Assembly (NCBI GenBank): GCA_002104945.1 | Contig: MCFH01000005.1 | Location: 248,001 to 312,000, forward strand | DNA from: Piromyces finnis finn | Lineage: Eukaryota > Fungi > Neocallimastigomycota | Direction: 5' to 3' | DNA: 64,000 bases | Shown: piece after piece, positions 19,978 through 33,335 of the stretch | Position numbering within the stretch: position 1 is the first letter of the stretch | Layout of the letters: each line of letters starts with the position of its first letter | Position numbers and translations under genes: made by a program | The notes under the pieces: model-generated | Told to the model about the DNA's origin: nothing | Database searches by the model: none | The model's input: the letters and a program-made list of their open reading frames with translations, nothing else

Positions 19978-22900
19978 GTATTAGTAGATTTTATAAAATA
20001 AAAAATCTTATATTAATATTTAGATATATAAAAAAAATGACAACTAAATAAAAGCTGTAAATCAATTTTTTTATTCCTTACCTAAATAATAATTTGTATT
20101 GCAATATATATAAAAGTTTTTTAATTGACTTTTAACTTTTAATATGATTGATTCATTTCATAGCCTAAATAACTTTAAAATTTATATTTTTAATCACACT
20201 AAATTTATTATAAATATATTTCTATATAGTTTAAATTATATTAATAAATTAGATACAATATATTACTAATATAATTTAGTATATTTTAATTAATTTATTT
20301 TAAAAGAAAATTATATAAAACTGAAGTATATAGTATATTATTAGTTTATTAAAATATATATCATGATAATATATATTTAAATTTTTTAATTTAATATTTC
20401 TTATTTCTAAAAAAAAGTATAAAAGGCATTTAAAATTCCAAAATTTTTGAAAGTTAGCAGCAATAAAACTTTTAAAAAATATTTAAGTAATAAATTAATT
20501 ATTAATTAAATATTTAGTTTACGCTGCTCGGTAAAATTGGATCTGAAGAAATTTTCTTAAGAATCATTATTCTATTAGGGATTAAAAGAAGAAATGAAAT
20601 TATCGAAGAAATAATATATATGAAAATGGAGAAAAAGAACTAAAATTTAATCTAATGGAAAAACGTAAAGAGAATTTCATTTGAAGTAGTAATAAGTGTA
20701 ATTATAAAATATAAAAATATAATTTATAATTATACTTATTTGGAAAGCTCATTTTAATTTGCGGCTATTGAAATAGTTACTTCTAAAATTATTCCTCACT
20801 TGAATTTACACTAATCTACGTACCGCAAAAATAATATGAGTATTTTACAAAATAAATATTTTTAAAATATTTATATTTAAATATAAATGATTAGATAAAA
20901 ATTCATGGATAAATTTACAGCTATAAGAACAGTTACTTCTATTTTCAAACAAATTATGGTTTTTTTTACTTTCTTACATACTGTAAAATAAAATATGAAT
21001 ATTTAGTGTTAATCATTAAAATATTTTTATTACAAATTAATATTTACATATATTATTAGTATTATATAAATATATAGCAAATGTAGTTATGTAATAGTAA
21101 TAATATTCTAAATATTTATCCAAAAATATAAAGGATAAAAAAATTGTCACAGCTATAGATTCAGTTACTTCTAATAAATAAATCATCGATTAGAGAAAAT
21201 TTTTACTAATCTAAATTCTGTGACTCAAAAAATAAGTAGTAGTATATTGTATTTATAAATGACAATGTAGTAATATTTATTATTCAAAAAAAAAAATAAA
21301 ATTTAAATTAAAAAATATATATATAATAGTTATGAATGTTTAAAATGTAATGTTTATTTGAAACATTAAATTTCATAAAATATTAAAAATTTAGTTAGTT
21401 TTGTAATTAAGGAGTTAATTATATAATTATTTATTTTGAAAAATAACAGAAAAAGAGTTATTTTATATTTCATTTTTTATAATAATTTAGATATTTGAAG
21501 AATTAGCAGAAATTGGTATATATTTCTTTAAAAATGAATGATAGTTATTTAGTTTTTATTCAAATTTTAAGTATTATAGTAAGATATTACTATTAAACCA
21601 ATGAATAAAGGTATAAAAAAAATTAATAAAAATACTTTTTTTTTAATTAAAAAATAAGTATTTCTAATTGGACAACAAAACTATACAATTAAGCTATAAA
21701 CTCTAAATATTTTTTAAAAATTTTATGATATATTAGTCATATTTATCTATAAAATAAACAAGCAACTCTATGATATCAATATATAATTAACAGCCTTATA
21801 TTTATCCTGCTCAATTATTTATATTATCAATATATACTATTGTAATTAACATTACTCTCAATATCATTCAAGGTATAATAAAAAAGTTAAGCTTTTGTTA
21901 TCAAAAGAAATATTTAACAAAATAAAAAAGGGCAAATATTTGTTATTTTGGCAAATTTATTTATAATTATTCAATTATATTAAAATGAAATAATTTAATT
22001 TTATAATTTTATACATATAAGAGTTATAATGTAATATTTTAGTGAAAGGTTTAAAAATAAATATTTTAATTTAACCAATGATTATTAGAATAATATTTTT
22101 GATAATTATTTATCCATATAAAAAGATGGTATTGTGAATTAAATAATCAAGATTGAATTATACTATTATTAAATGATATTTGTTATAATATTTAATATTC
22201 AATTATATTATTATTTAGAGTTATATTTCTATTTTATATTAATATAATTACATTTAATTTGGTAATCCAAATAACGTAGAGTAAAATATCTTTTATATTT
22301 CATATTATAGTCATACAAATAATCATAATTAAAATTTAAATGGTTGATCAAAAAAAAAAAATATTAATCCTAATAGTTAAATTAACCGCACTTATAGGTT
22401 TTAATAAATAATATTTTTACATATTTATAATAATTATTAAAATATCATTATATAATATTATATAATATATTAAAAAAATTTTTGAAACTTTTTAAATACA
22501 TTTTTATTTGTAATTATACAAATAAAAAAGAAAATAAAAATTTTAATTTATATATTAATTATTAATCTCATCATTACACAAAAATAAAGGTTTTATTATT
22601 ATTTAAAATATTAACGGTAAACAGATTATATTATAAAGTATAATAGCCATTCTCTAAAAATTGATGTTACCCAAATAATAAATAAAACTAATTTGAAATT
22701 GCCGTTTATTATCTATATTAAAAAGTTTCTATATTAAAAATTGAATTAATTTATATTAATTTCTTAGAAAAAAATGTGTTTTAGCATGAAAAATTAAAAC
22801 AAAAGTTTAAAATATAATAATTTTTATTAATTAAGAATAGTTTCACATTAATTTCTATAATAATTAAGTTAATGTTTTACCAATTAAAAATATAATTATT

Positions 22901-23530
22901 TTATGTAGTACATATAAAATTAGTATTAATATTTTTAAGAATTACATTTATACAATAAAAAAAGAATAATTTTTAATTTTCAATAAAATTCGTAAATTAA
23001 TTGGGATAAAAATAAAAAAATTGGAAAGATTATATAATGATTTTAGTTTATTATAAAAAAAAAATATTATTATTATTATTATTATAATATCATTAATGTT
23101 AAGAATAAATCTAATATTCTTTTAATTATTTGTTTGAGTATATATTAATATATTATTCAATATATTATTAAATTTAAATTATATATTATAATGTATATTT
23201 GAAACATTTTTTTCAATTAAAAAAAACTAATATTATTGATTATTAAAATTAATTCTTAATATTTTGCTTGGAGAAAAAAAAATGAAGATTTACATATTTT
23301 TATTAATACCATATTATTTTTAATATATTTTAATATAAAAACTTTCTGTTTTAATATATTATTATTTAAAAAAAAAAAAGTATAAAAGAAATATAATTAG
23401 TCCAAATTTATTTTTGTATTATTATTTTTTATTTATTATTATAATAAATTATTAAAGGTGAAAAAATAATTACTTTGTATAGTCAATATCAATATTTTTT
23501 TACTATTATTAAATATAACTATAAATAAAA

Positions 23531-25084
23531 ATGAAATTCATAACTGCTTTAACAGCTATAACTGCACTTGTAGCTAATGTTTCTGCTCAAAAAGAAGATT
23601 GTTTTTCTTTAAAACTTGGTTATAGATGTTGTGAAAGATCAAAGGTTGTTTATTCTGATGCTGATGGTTTATGGGGTGTTGAAAATGGTCAATGGTGTGG
23701 TATAGGTAAGGATCTTAAGAAACGTCAATGGTGGGGCAATTGGAATCCATGGGGACAAAACAACAACAACAACAACCAGCAATGGGCTGCTAATCCATGG
23801 GATCAAAACAATAATAATAACAACAACCAATGGAACCAATGGGGTCAAAATAATAATCAAGGAGGAAATCCATGGGACCAAAATAACAACAACAACAACC
23901 AATGGAACCAATGGGGTCAAAATAATAATCAAGGAGGAAATCCATGGGAACAAAACAATAACAACAATAACAATCAATGGGGTCAAAACTTTAACCAAGG
24001 TAACCCATGGGAACAAAATAACAATAACAACAATAACAACCAAGGAGGAAATCCATGGGAACAAAATAATAATAACAACAACAACAACCAAGGAGGAAAT
24101 CCATGGGAACAAAATAATAACAACAATAACAACCAAGGAGGAAATCCATGGGAACAAAATAATAACAACAATAACAACCAAGGAGGAAATTCATGGGAAC
24201 AAAACAACAATCAACAAAATAATATTCAACCAGATAATAACAATACTACTAATAATGCTCCAGCCCAAGGAGGTTCATCTTCATACCCATATCCATTAAA
24301 GAATTCACCAGTTCCATCTAAAGGTTGTGGAAAGAATCCAAGTCTTAATGGACAATTTGACTTTAAATGGTCTGGAGGTAGTCGTAAGGTTCTCATTGAT
24401 ATTCCAGAAAATTATGATAGCAGTAAGCCATACCGTTTAGTATTTGGTATGCAATGTATGGGTGGTTCAGCTGCTAATGTTCGTTCTGAAGGTTACTATG
24501 GATTAAAACCATTAGATACTGGTAAAACTACTATTTTCGTTGCTCCAGAAGGTAATGGACAACAATTACCATGGGGTGAAGCTGATTACAAATTATTTGA
24601 TGAACTTCTTGAAAAATTAAAGGGAGATCTTTGTATTGATGAATCTCGTGTCTTCTCTACTGGTTTCAGTTACGGTTCAATGTTCTCAAATGGTCTTTCA
24701 TGGAACCACCAAAAGGTTCTTCGTGGTGTTGCTGTTTATGAAACTGCTGAACGTAATATTTACCTTCCACAACATACTGGTGATGGTATTGGTTGGATGG
24801 GTGTTCTTGGTTTCGATGATGGTCTTTGTACTCCAGAAATGGGTCGTCATGCTCGTGATATTATTCTTGAACACAACTCTCAAGGTGGTAAGGCTGTTCA
24901 AGAAAAAGCTGAAGAAGCTCAACCAAATGGTCCACATAAATGTTATGATTATAAGACTGTTGATGAAAAGTTCCCAGTTCGTTGGTGTACTCAATCTGGT
25001 GGCCACATTTGGGATCACAAGGATCAAGGTTCTGGTCAATCATGGGTTCCACAAGCTACCTGGGAATTCATTAATAAGTTCTAG
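23531..25084 (+). CDS. Secreted dockerin-bearing carbohydrate esterase (CE1/feruloyl-esterase-like alpha/beta hydrolase) with an N/Q/W-rich linker; intronless
   Basis: Signal peptide [19 protein letters not shown]; fungal dockerin [11 protein letters not shown]...[10 protein letters not shown]; about 11 NPW/NQW-N/Q repeats; catalytic region with SKGCGK, IFVAPEG, nucleophile elbow GFSYG and C-terminal GGH. Confidence 0.85.
   Translation: MKFITALTAITALVANVSAQKEDCFSLKLGYRCCERSKVVYSDADGLWGVENGQWCGIGKDLKKRQWWGNWNPWGQNNNNNNQQWAANPWDQNNNNNNNQWNQWGQNNNQGGNPWDQNNNNNNQWNQWGQNNNQGGNPWEQNNNNNNNQWGQNFNQGNPWEQNNNNNNNNQGGNPWEQNNNNNNNNQGGNPWEQNNNNNNNQGGNPWEQNNNNNNNQGGNSWEQNNNQQNNIQPDNNNTTNNAPAQGGSSSYPYPLKNSPVPSKGCGKNPSLNGQFDFKWSGGSRKVLIDIPENYDSSKPYRLVFGMQCMGGSAANVRSEGYYGLKPLDTGKTTIFVAPEGNGQQLPWGEADYKLFDELLEKLKGDLCIDESRVFSTGFSYGSMFSNGLSWNHQKVLRGVAVYETAERNIYLPQHTGDGIGWMGVLGFDDGLCTPEMGRHARDIILEHNSQGGKAVQEKAEEAQPNGPHKCYDYKTVDEKFPVRWCTQSGGHIWDHKDQGSGQSWVPQATWEFINKF
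23700..24240 (+). repeat. Coding tandem repeat GGNPW(E/D)QNNNNNNNQ within the esterase linker
   Basis: aaccaaggaggaaatccatgggaacaaaataat recurs with a variable (aac/aat)n tract. Confidence 0.9.
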
Positions 25085-25578
25085 ATTAATAAAATAAAAT
25101 TAAATATTACTTATTAAATAATTATTATTATTACTATTTGATTACTATTTTATTTTAAACTATTATATACTATAAAAAATTTTTAATCGTTATAATATTT
25201 TTATTCGAAATAATTATTATGTAAATATAAAATTATATATAATAAAATAAAAATTTAAAAAAATATAATTTATATAAAAAAGTAGCAATTTATTTTGTTT
25301 TATTTTTGAAATTAATCTTTAATTTTCTTTTTCTTTCATTTAATAAACTACCTGACACATTAAAAATTAAATTAAAAGTATATTTAATTCATTTTAAAAA
25401 GATGATTTTCAATAAGTAAAAATTTATATTTACCAAATAACTTAATATTTTACAATATATACACTTACAATAAATTATTAAAATTGATATTCTATATAAT
25501 TAAATGAATATTCTAATAAACATTAATTATTAATCTTATAAATTATATTTTAATTTGTTTATAAAAAAAATTTCTATA

Positions 25579-26953
25579 TTATACTCTATCTCAAAAGATT
25601 TGAATATTCCTCCATTGTCAGCCAAATGTGCGTTAGCTCAGGTTAGATGTTTTAACAAATGGAAAAACTCAAATTGTATTATCTCATACCTTGTCAATTA
25701 CATTCCTAAATTTAGAAAATACACGTGGTGCAAATCAAGTAGGACACTTGATAAAAAACTAAAGAAGCATGGAGATGTTAAAGCAATCAAAAACTTTTAT
25801 TGGAAAGATCTCAAAGGGAATTCAATCAAAGCGCAATATTATGATGATAATAAATTTATTGAAACTAAAGATTTTATCAAATTATGTTATGAATACCCAG
25901 AGTTTGCCTATGGCTTCTACTGGCTATTGAAAGCAAGAAGCGGATATAAGTTGGATGCTAGAGTTGCCAAAGCTGCTAAATTTGTTGATCCAGTTTGTCC
26001 TAACTACTGTCCATATTGCAAGTGTGGTGTTCAAAGTATTAAACATTGGTTATTTGGTTATTAGATTGTCCAACATTTAGAGATATCCGTATTAAACATT
26101 ATGATTCCATAGTCCAGCTACTAAATTTTTTCAGTCAACGTAATTCCAACAGTCCTATCAATAATATTGAAAATGTTAATATCAATAGAGATAGTAATAA
26201 TGTTAATAGTAATAGTAACAATAGTAATGGTAACAATAGTAATAATAATAATAGTAGTAATAGAAATAATAATATTAGTAATGATAGCAATAGTGAAGAT
26301 AATAATTCTAATTTAGATAGTAATTTAGTTAATGATAGTAATAGTTCTAATAATCCAGTGAATATTAATGTGTATGATTATTCTAGTGTGTGTAGTAAAA
26401 TATTTAAATTCCTTCTTGGGGGAAGAAGTTTTAACAATATCAATTACAATTCAAGGGAATGAAAAGAACTTTGCAAGTGTCAGATTCAATCTGGCACTAA
26501 TGAAGGAACACCATTCTTGACGGTAACAGCGGAACTTCTAACCAAAATCATGCCTTTTAATATTGGCCAGCAATGGTCAATGTTCAAAAGGTTTGAAGCA
26601 ACATCCAAGAGCGTCAATGCTGAAGAAACAGTAAGACAGGCCAGGAAGGCCAGCGCAACCAATGGAGATCATAATTTTGTTCCATGACAAAATTTTGATC
26701 TTTGGCTCGGTGTCCCATTGGAAGTCAAATACAATTATTATACTTTAGTATAATAGTGGCTTTCTTACTTTAATTAAAATTACTAGAATATATTATACCC
26801 AATTTTTATTCATCTGTATTTATTTAAACATATTTTTTTATTTTTATTTTTAATTTTATTTTTTTATTACATGTATTACAATATTAATTAAATTAATAAT
26901 AAAGTTTAAAAATATTTGATGCCGTTAAAAAAAAAAAAGAAAAAAAAAAAAAT
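25579..26953 (+). mobile_element. 5'-truncated, decayed copy of LINE family A
   Basis: Colinear with 11226-12589 plus poly(A) at 26927-26953. An 8-bp duplication (ttggttat) near 26050 causes a frameshift, and TGG has become TGA at 26460-26462. No TSD found. Confidence 0.92.
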
Positions 26954-27540
26954 ACAATAAACTGAAGATTCTTTTGAAAGTGTACTATTGAAAATATATG
27001 CGCTTTTGAAGAAAATAAAGATTAGTAAAGAACTGAAGACTCTTATCAGGAATTCCTAAGTGTTGAATTTGGTGAGAATGTTGAAAATTAGAATCAAATC
27101 ATAAACTTTCTTAAGGTCAAGAAAAGCTAAATAAATATGCTTTTCTTTAAAGTTCTTTTCCGGAAGATATCTCTAATTAATATATATAAATTAATACTTT
27201 CCTTTCTAATGCGAAATCCTAATTATTCATGTCTAATGAAACCATGGGTAAAAACACGCTCTGAAATTCTATTTCTAATAGTTTTTGATAGTATCTTTAC
27301 TTCAACACTGGTTAATGAAATACCTTGATAATCATTACAATCCGAAAGATCACCTTTCTCTGGAATTAAGATAATAGATACCGAATTTCAACCCTATTCC
27401 AATTTTTATTGGGAGGGTATAAAAGACATTTTGTACCATAAACAGTTTTATATTCAGAGCTTATTTTAAAGAATTGAGATCGAAAAAGTACTTAAAGAAT
27501 TCAGTAAGAATACCATCCGACAAGGAGTTTATTATGGAAG
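26954..27540 (-). mobile_element. Decayed RT fragment of a further, related LINE family
   Basis: The minus strand reads (with stops and shifts) DGILTEFFK, IPEKGDLSDCNDY, GISLTSVEVKIL, LGFR, FLDLKKVYD, matching the RT order of LINEs A and B. Confidence 0.8.
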
Positions 27541-27553
27541 GACTATGTAATTG

Positions 27554-27790
27554 TAATGTTTAATATAGATATCTCTAAAAGTTAGACCAATGTTTAATAC
27601 TTTGATCTCCACTCTTGCAACATAGATAGTAGTTAGAACAAACTGGATCAACGAATTTAGCAGCTTTTGCAACTCTGGCATTCAACTTGTATCTGTTTTT
27701 TGCTTTCAATAGCCAGTAGAAACCATAGGCAAATGCTGGGTACTCATAATATAACTTAATAAAATTTATTGAAACTAAAAATTTTATTAA
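27554..27790 (-). mobile_element. Decayed inverted fragment of LINE family A (CCHC region) ending in a short fold-back
   Basis: The reverse complement of 27554-27765 matches about 11519-11740. Positions 27762-27790 match 11499-11527 on the plus strand. Confidence 0.8.
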
Positions 27791-28591
27791 CTGCTTTAAC
27801 TAATCTTCCAGAAAACTCCAAATAGGAAGCATATTCTTAAGAAGGATTTTAACATTTAATCATACACTACATAAAAAAATTAATATTTATCCTAGTTTTT
27901 TGAGGATTTAGCCAGAAATTTTAAACAGAATAAAATTTAATTCTACCAGACTTTTAATTAGTTTTAACCAGAGATTTTTAAAAAACTAGCCATAAAATAA
28001 GTGATATTAAAAATCACATTACAAAGGTGTTTTTCCTGACAGGTTTTTTAGACACCATTTGGCATTGACATTAATAATTAGGACAGTGAATTAAGTTATT
28101 ATTAAAATTTTAATAATATATAGATTCATATTTGTAACAAAAAAAAAAAAAAATAATTTAAAATTTAAATTTTTTTTTTTAATTTATAAATTATTAAGTT
28201 TATTAAATTGGGGATTAGGGTTATGAGAAAATACATAATCATTAATATTAAATACAAAAAAAAAAAAAAAAAAAATATTACATTTTTTAATTCAGTATTT
28301 TCAGTATTATTCTATTTTTATTAAAATATCTTGATTATAATAATAAAATAAAATATTAAAAAAAATTGTTTGTTGTTGTTCTTGCTGATATTTTTATTGT
28401 TTAACATTATCATTGATTTTATTGATCTTTTTGTTCATGTTATCAAAAGACCCTCCAAAAACCATATATCTTTACTAGAATTACATTTATTATTATTATA
28501 CATTTGGGTTGTAATTAAAAAAAAAAAAAAGTTGTTATTGACCTTGTTATTACTCTTGTTCTAGTTTATGGAATATATTGTTATTCTTTTT

Positions 28592-29326
28592 GTTCTTGTT
28601 AAATATTACATTTATTCTTATCGTTGTTGTTGTTGTTGTTGTTGTTCTTGTTAAATATTACATTTATTCTTATCGTTGTTGTTGTTGTTGTTGTTGTTCT
28701 TGTTAAATATTACATTTATTCTTATCGTTGTTGTTGTTGTTGTTGTTGTTCTTGTTAAATATTACATTTATTCTTATCGTTGTTGTTGTTGTTGTTGTTG
28801 TTGTTCTTGTTAAATATTACATTTATTCTTATCGTTGTTGTTGTTGTTGTTGTTGTTGTTGTTCTTGTTGTTCTTGTTAAATATTACATTTATTCTTATC
28901 GTTGTTGTTGTTGTTGTTGTTGTTCTTGTTAAATATTACATTTATTCTTATCGTTGTTGTTGTTGTTGTTGTTCTTGTTAAATATTACATTTATTCTTAT
29001 CGTTGTTGTTGTTGTTGTTGTTGTTCTTGTTAAATATTACATTTATTCTTATCGTTGTTGTTGTTGTTGTTGTTGTTCTTGTTAAATATTACATTTATTC
29101 TTATCGTTGTTGTTGTTGTTGTTGTTGTTCTTGTTAAATATTATATTTATTCTTATCGTTGTTGTTGTTGTTGTTGTTGTTCTTGTTAAATATTACATTT
29201 ATTCTTATCGTTGTTGTTGTTGTTGTTGTTGTTGTTGTTCTTGTTAAATATTACATTTATTCTTATCGTTGTTGTTGTTGTTGTTGTTGTTGTTGTTCTT
29301 GTTAAATATTACATTTATTCTTATCG

Positions 29327-29361
<35 letters not shown>
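28592..29361. repeat. Compound minisatellite: 14 units of cttgttaaatattacatttattcttatcg + (TTG)n + tt
   Basis: A constant 29-bp core alternates with variable-length TTG runs; unit length is 31+3n bp. Confidence 0.95.
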
Positions 29362-32300
29362 ACTTTTTATTTCAAATATATTTATTTTGTATTTTTTTAA
29401 ATTTATATTTTCTATTTAATTTTTTTTTTAATTTCAACTAGTTTTATTAATCTTTTTATTCAATTCTTATAATTTTACTATTTTTTTTTATATTGTATTT
29501 GCTAAAGAGAATGTTAAATTTCCTCATTTCTTCATTATAGCATTATTACATATTATCACATTTTCTTATATTTATAAAATTCACTTTAATATTATTACTT
29601 TTTTATCATTAATTTTTTTTCTTTATTAACAGTTTTTACCATTAAAGTCATTATTCATGATTATTCCACATATATTTTTAATAATTAATATTATTTTCTT
29701 CATTATTAAATTTTATCTTAGAATTAATGCTGAGCAAAAATAATAGAATATATATTTGAAAAGCTAGAATATATTCTATTATTTTTGTTTAGTATTGATT
29801 TTCTAATTATTTTCTGTAATTAATAAAAGGTTTAAAATATTATACATTTTTCATAACTATTTGTATTACTATCATTATTTGAATGGTACTGATAAATATT
29901 TATCAATAATACTATTAATCATTTTCAGAAATTAACTTTTTAATTTTATTATTTAATTCTTTCATAATATGTATTTTAAGAAAAATATTAATAACATTTC
30001 ATTCCTTTCTTTATTCATTCTTTAATCTTTCTTATTCTAATGTATTTCTTAAATTAGTTTATATAAGAGAAACATAATAAAAAAAAAATATTTCTTTCTT
30101 TTTTTTCAAATTTTCTTTTCAATGATTTTGTTAAATAATTATATATCCATAATTAGATCTAATATAACATTTTATTTTAATTAACATATTTTTATTGAAT
30201 TTATTAAACCTTTAATTAGCTAAAATAAATTTTAATTTAATAATAGACTACTCTAATAACTTTGTATAGTAAAACACTAAAAAAATTTGCAATATCTAAA
30301 TAGTCTATATATATATACAATTTTAATTATGTACTATTCCAATAATAATACTACTTTCAAAATTTTTCCATATACTTTCTAAATACAAGTCTTTCAATAA
30401 GTTTTCTTCTGATACAATGATATTTTCCTCTAGAGTCTTTCTTTAATAAATATAAAAATTTAAGAAAGGTATACATATCTGTAATTTCCAATTCAAAGAA
30501 ATTATCAGTAAAATTTATCAATTTTTTCTAAATAAATTCATATATAGAAATTTCCTCTATAATTTACTTTCTAGAGATACACAAATAATAATTCTTCATT
30601 TTCTGAACATTATAAAAAGATATATAATTCTTAAAATCATATAGATCTTATTATGTAAAAACTAAGCCTTTCAATTTTTTTCCTAATTATTTTTTTATAT
30701 AATAATATTTCATATAATAATTTCCATTTCTATAAACCTTCTCCTCTGTATATTTTTCTTCAATAACATTTTTTTAAAAACATATATTCTTCTTTTAATT
30801 CTTTATTATTTCATAATATATACACTTTTAACTATAATACATTCTTAGAATTTCACATCACCTAATTTTAACTATATATAAAAATAATAAATTACAATAA
30901 TATAATAATATATACTTACCTATATCATTTTAGATTAAATTAACTAAAGAAAAAATATTTATCTTTAATAAGATTCCTTTATAATCCTTCTTTCAATAAA
31001 TTAATCAATTTTCTTTTTTTTTTTTTTTTTTACTTCATAAATTCTTTAATATTTAATATTATCATTATATCATCTTTTATAATACTTTATATATTTAACT
31101 TTCCTTCAATTACCTTCCTAAATCAAATATATTTATACGTTTTATAATAATTAAAAACACAATATTTTTCTTGAGTTGTCTTTAATATTATCAAACATTC
31201 AAATTCTATTAGAATTGTTGTTTCTCTTTGTTTTTTGCTTTACTTTATTAATCAATCTCTTCATAGATTCTATCATTTTTCTCAATTAATACTCTAAAAT
31301 CTTATTTTTTAGTATTATTAAAACTTTATATTTTCAAAAGTTTTCTTCGTCAAAAAAAAAAAAAAAAAAAAACTTAAGGAATAAAAAATAAAGTACAATT
31401 TTCTAGATGTTTAATGTTTTCTTAAAGCATTTTGTACTCAAAATTATTACTAAGAATTTTCTTTATTTTTATAAATTAATTTAATAATATGTAATCAAGG
31501 CATCACTTGAATACCTTTTATTAATAGTATTGAGTTATAATATTTCAGTTAAATAATAATATTTTAGTTAAAATGCATGCTATATTTCGAACTCCTAATG
31601 ATCTTATTTTGAATCACAATTCATTATTTTAATGTAATAACATTGTCATTATTTTCACTGACTCAATTTATATTTTTTTAATAATAATTTAAAAAAATAT
31701 TTAATGGATTTTAGAACCACATTTTTTTATTTACTTATTATTTTAATTTATAAAATGTATTAAAAATTTAATTTTAACACATTAAATAATTAACTTAACC
31801 ATAATATTTCTTTTTTTAGAAAAAAATTAAGTTTTATTCAAATGATTTTAATTTTATTCGAAAATTTGATTTTCCAATAATTTAATTATAAAAATAAAGT
31901 TTATAATTAAATTCTTTGATTAATTTTATTAATTTTTAAATTTTTAAATTTTTTAAATCGCCAATTCTTTTAACATTCTTTGTGATTTAATTTTATTTCC
32001 TCAAATAATGTTTATTCACCTATTTACTAAGAAATCAAATTCAATTGTAAAACTTTTGCACCATTATATACTTCTAGAATTTCAAAGAGCTTTTAAGTAC
32101 AAATTATTTTTTCTTCTTCAAAATTAACTCTCATTTTTTAATTGAATATTTAAATAATACAATTCCTTTGAATTAATTCAATGTTTACTATTCTATTTTA
32201 TTTTATTTCATTTTATTTTATTATTTGAACCTAATCTATCCCACCACCAACCCCATTCAATAAATATTCTATTCATATTTATTATCTAAAAATGAATTTC

Positions 32301-32864
32301 TTTCTTTAACTATTTTCTACAATGAAAAATATATTAAATATATTTAATATTTAGTTTGGTTTACTTGTCCAATACATGAAGAGTGGTTTTAATTCTTTAG
32401 ATATTTTAGCGAAACAGAAAGGATTTTTTACATGCAAAAAATATATACATAAAAATATCATCAGATTCTTATTTTCAATTTTTTAAATTATACTCACCTA
32501 TATTAATATATATAAATAAATAAAATTTAAAAAAAAGGAGACTAGATATAAATTATAATTTTATAGTCTAATAAAAATAATAAATATTAGTATTATTATT
32601 TTTTTCTAATGTTTATTATTTATATTATTACTTACCTTTTATACACTCGAAATTCCACTTTTAAATTTTTAGAAATTTATGATTAAACAGACAAAACATC
32701 CTACATATACAATATAATAATATATATTACATATATTTTATAATATTCTTATTTTAACTTTCTCTTCCTTCATATTCGCATGTACTTTATTTTCGTTAAA
32801 GGACAATTACAGACTAGTTTTGGTTATCCAAACGGTTCCTATTTCTTTATTTTCCCAGAAATAT

Positions 32865-33335
32865 TCGGCTTTCTATTTTTATATTAAAAATCTACAACAT
32901 ATATTTCTCGGATTTTTTAATTTCAGTATTATATTTTATACTTAATCTTTATCGTTGTTTAAAGACTGTCGAGGAAGCAATATTTAATTAACAGATAATA
33001 TTGGACTAAAATCGCTCCATTAAATAAGCTTTCTTGAATTTTCTTGATTCTCGGCTTTCTATTTTTATGATTATAAATCTACAACACATATTTCACTGAT
33101 TTTTTAACTATATCAGTATTATATTTTATACTTAAACTTCTTTATCGTTGTTTAAAGACTGTCACGGAAGCAATATTTAATTTAACAGATAATATTGGAC
33201 TTAAATCGCTCCATTAGATAATTTTTCTTGAATTTCCTTGATACTCGGCTTTCTATTTTTATGATTATAAATCTATAACACATATTTCATGGATTTCAAA
33301 TTATAGCTATTTCAGTATTAAATTTTTATACTTAA
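32865..33335. repeat. Diverged tandem repeat of about 190 bp, about 2.5 copies
   Basis: tcggctttctattttt starts units at 32865, 33051 and 33245; internal blocks such as tttaaagactgtc...gaagcaatatttaat and aatcgctccatta are shared. Confidence 0.85.

Noticed and set aside
25561-25578. A8-TTT-C at the 5' junction of the truncated A copy, echoing A103-TTT-C at 6829-6935
   Set aside because: Too short to distinguish from chance in DNA this AT-rich, and no TSD supports it.
27890-28060. Repeated ccaga motifs and the hairpin GGTGT...CCTGACAGG...ACACC as a DNA transposon or Helitron end
   Set aside because: No partner TIR, no CTRR terminus and no TSD found in the window.
29400-32600. Possible decayed minus-strand coding sequence
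   Set aside because: The strand-biased composition suggests it, but I could recover no sustained frame or motif.
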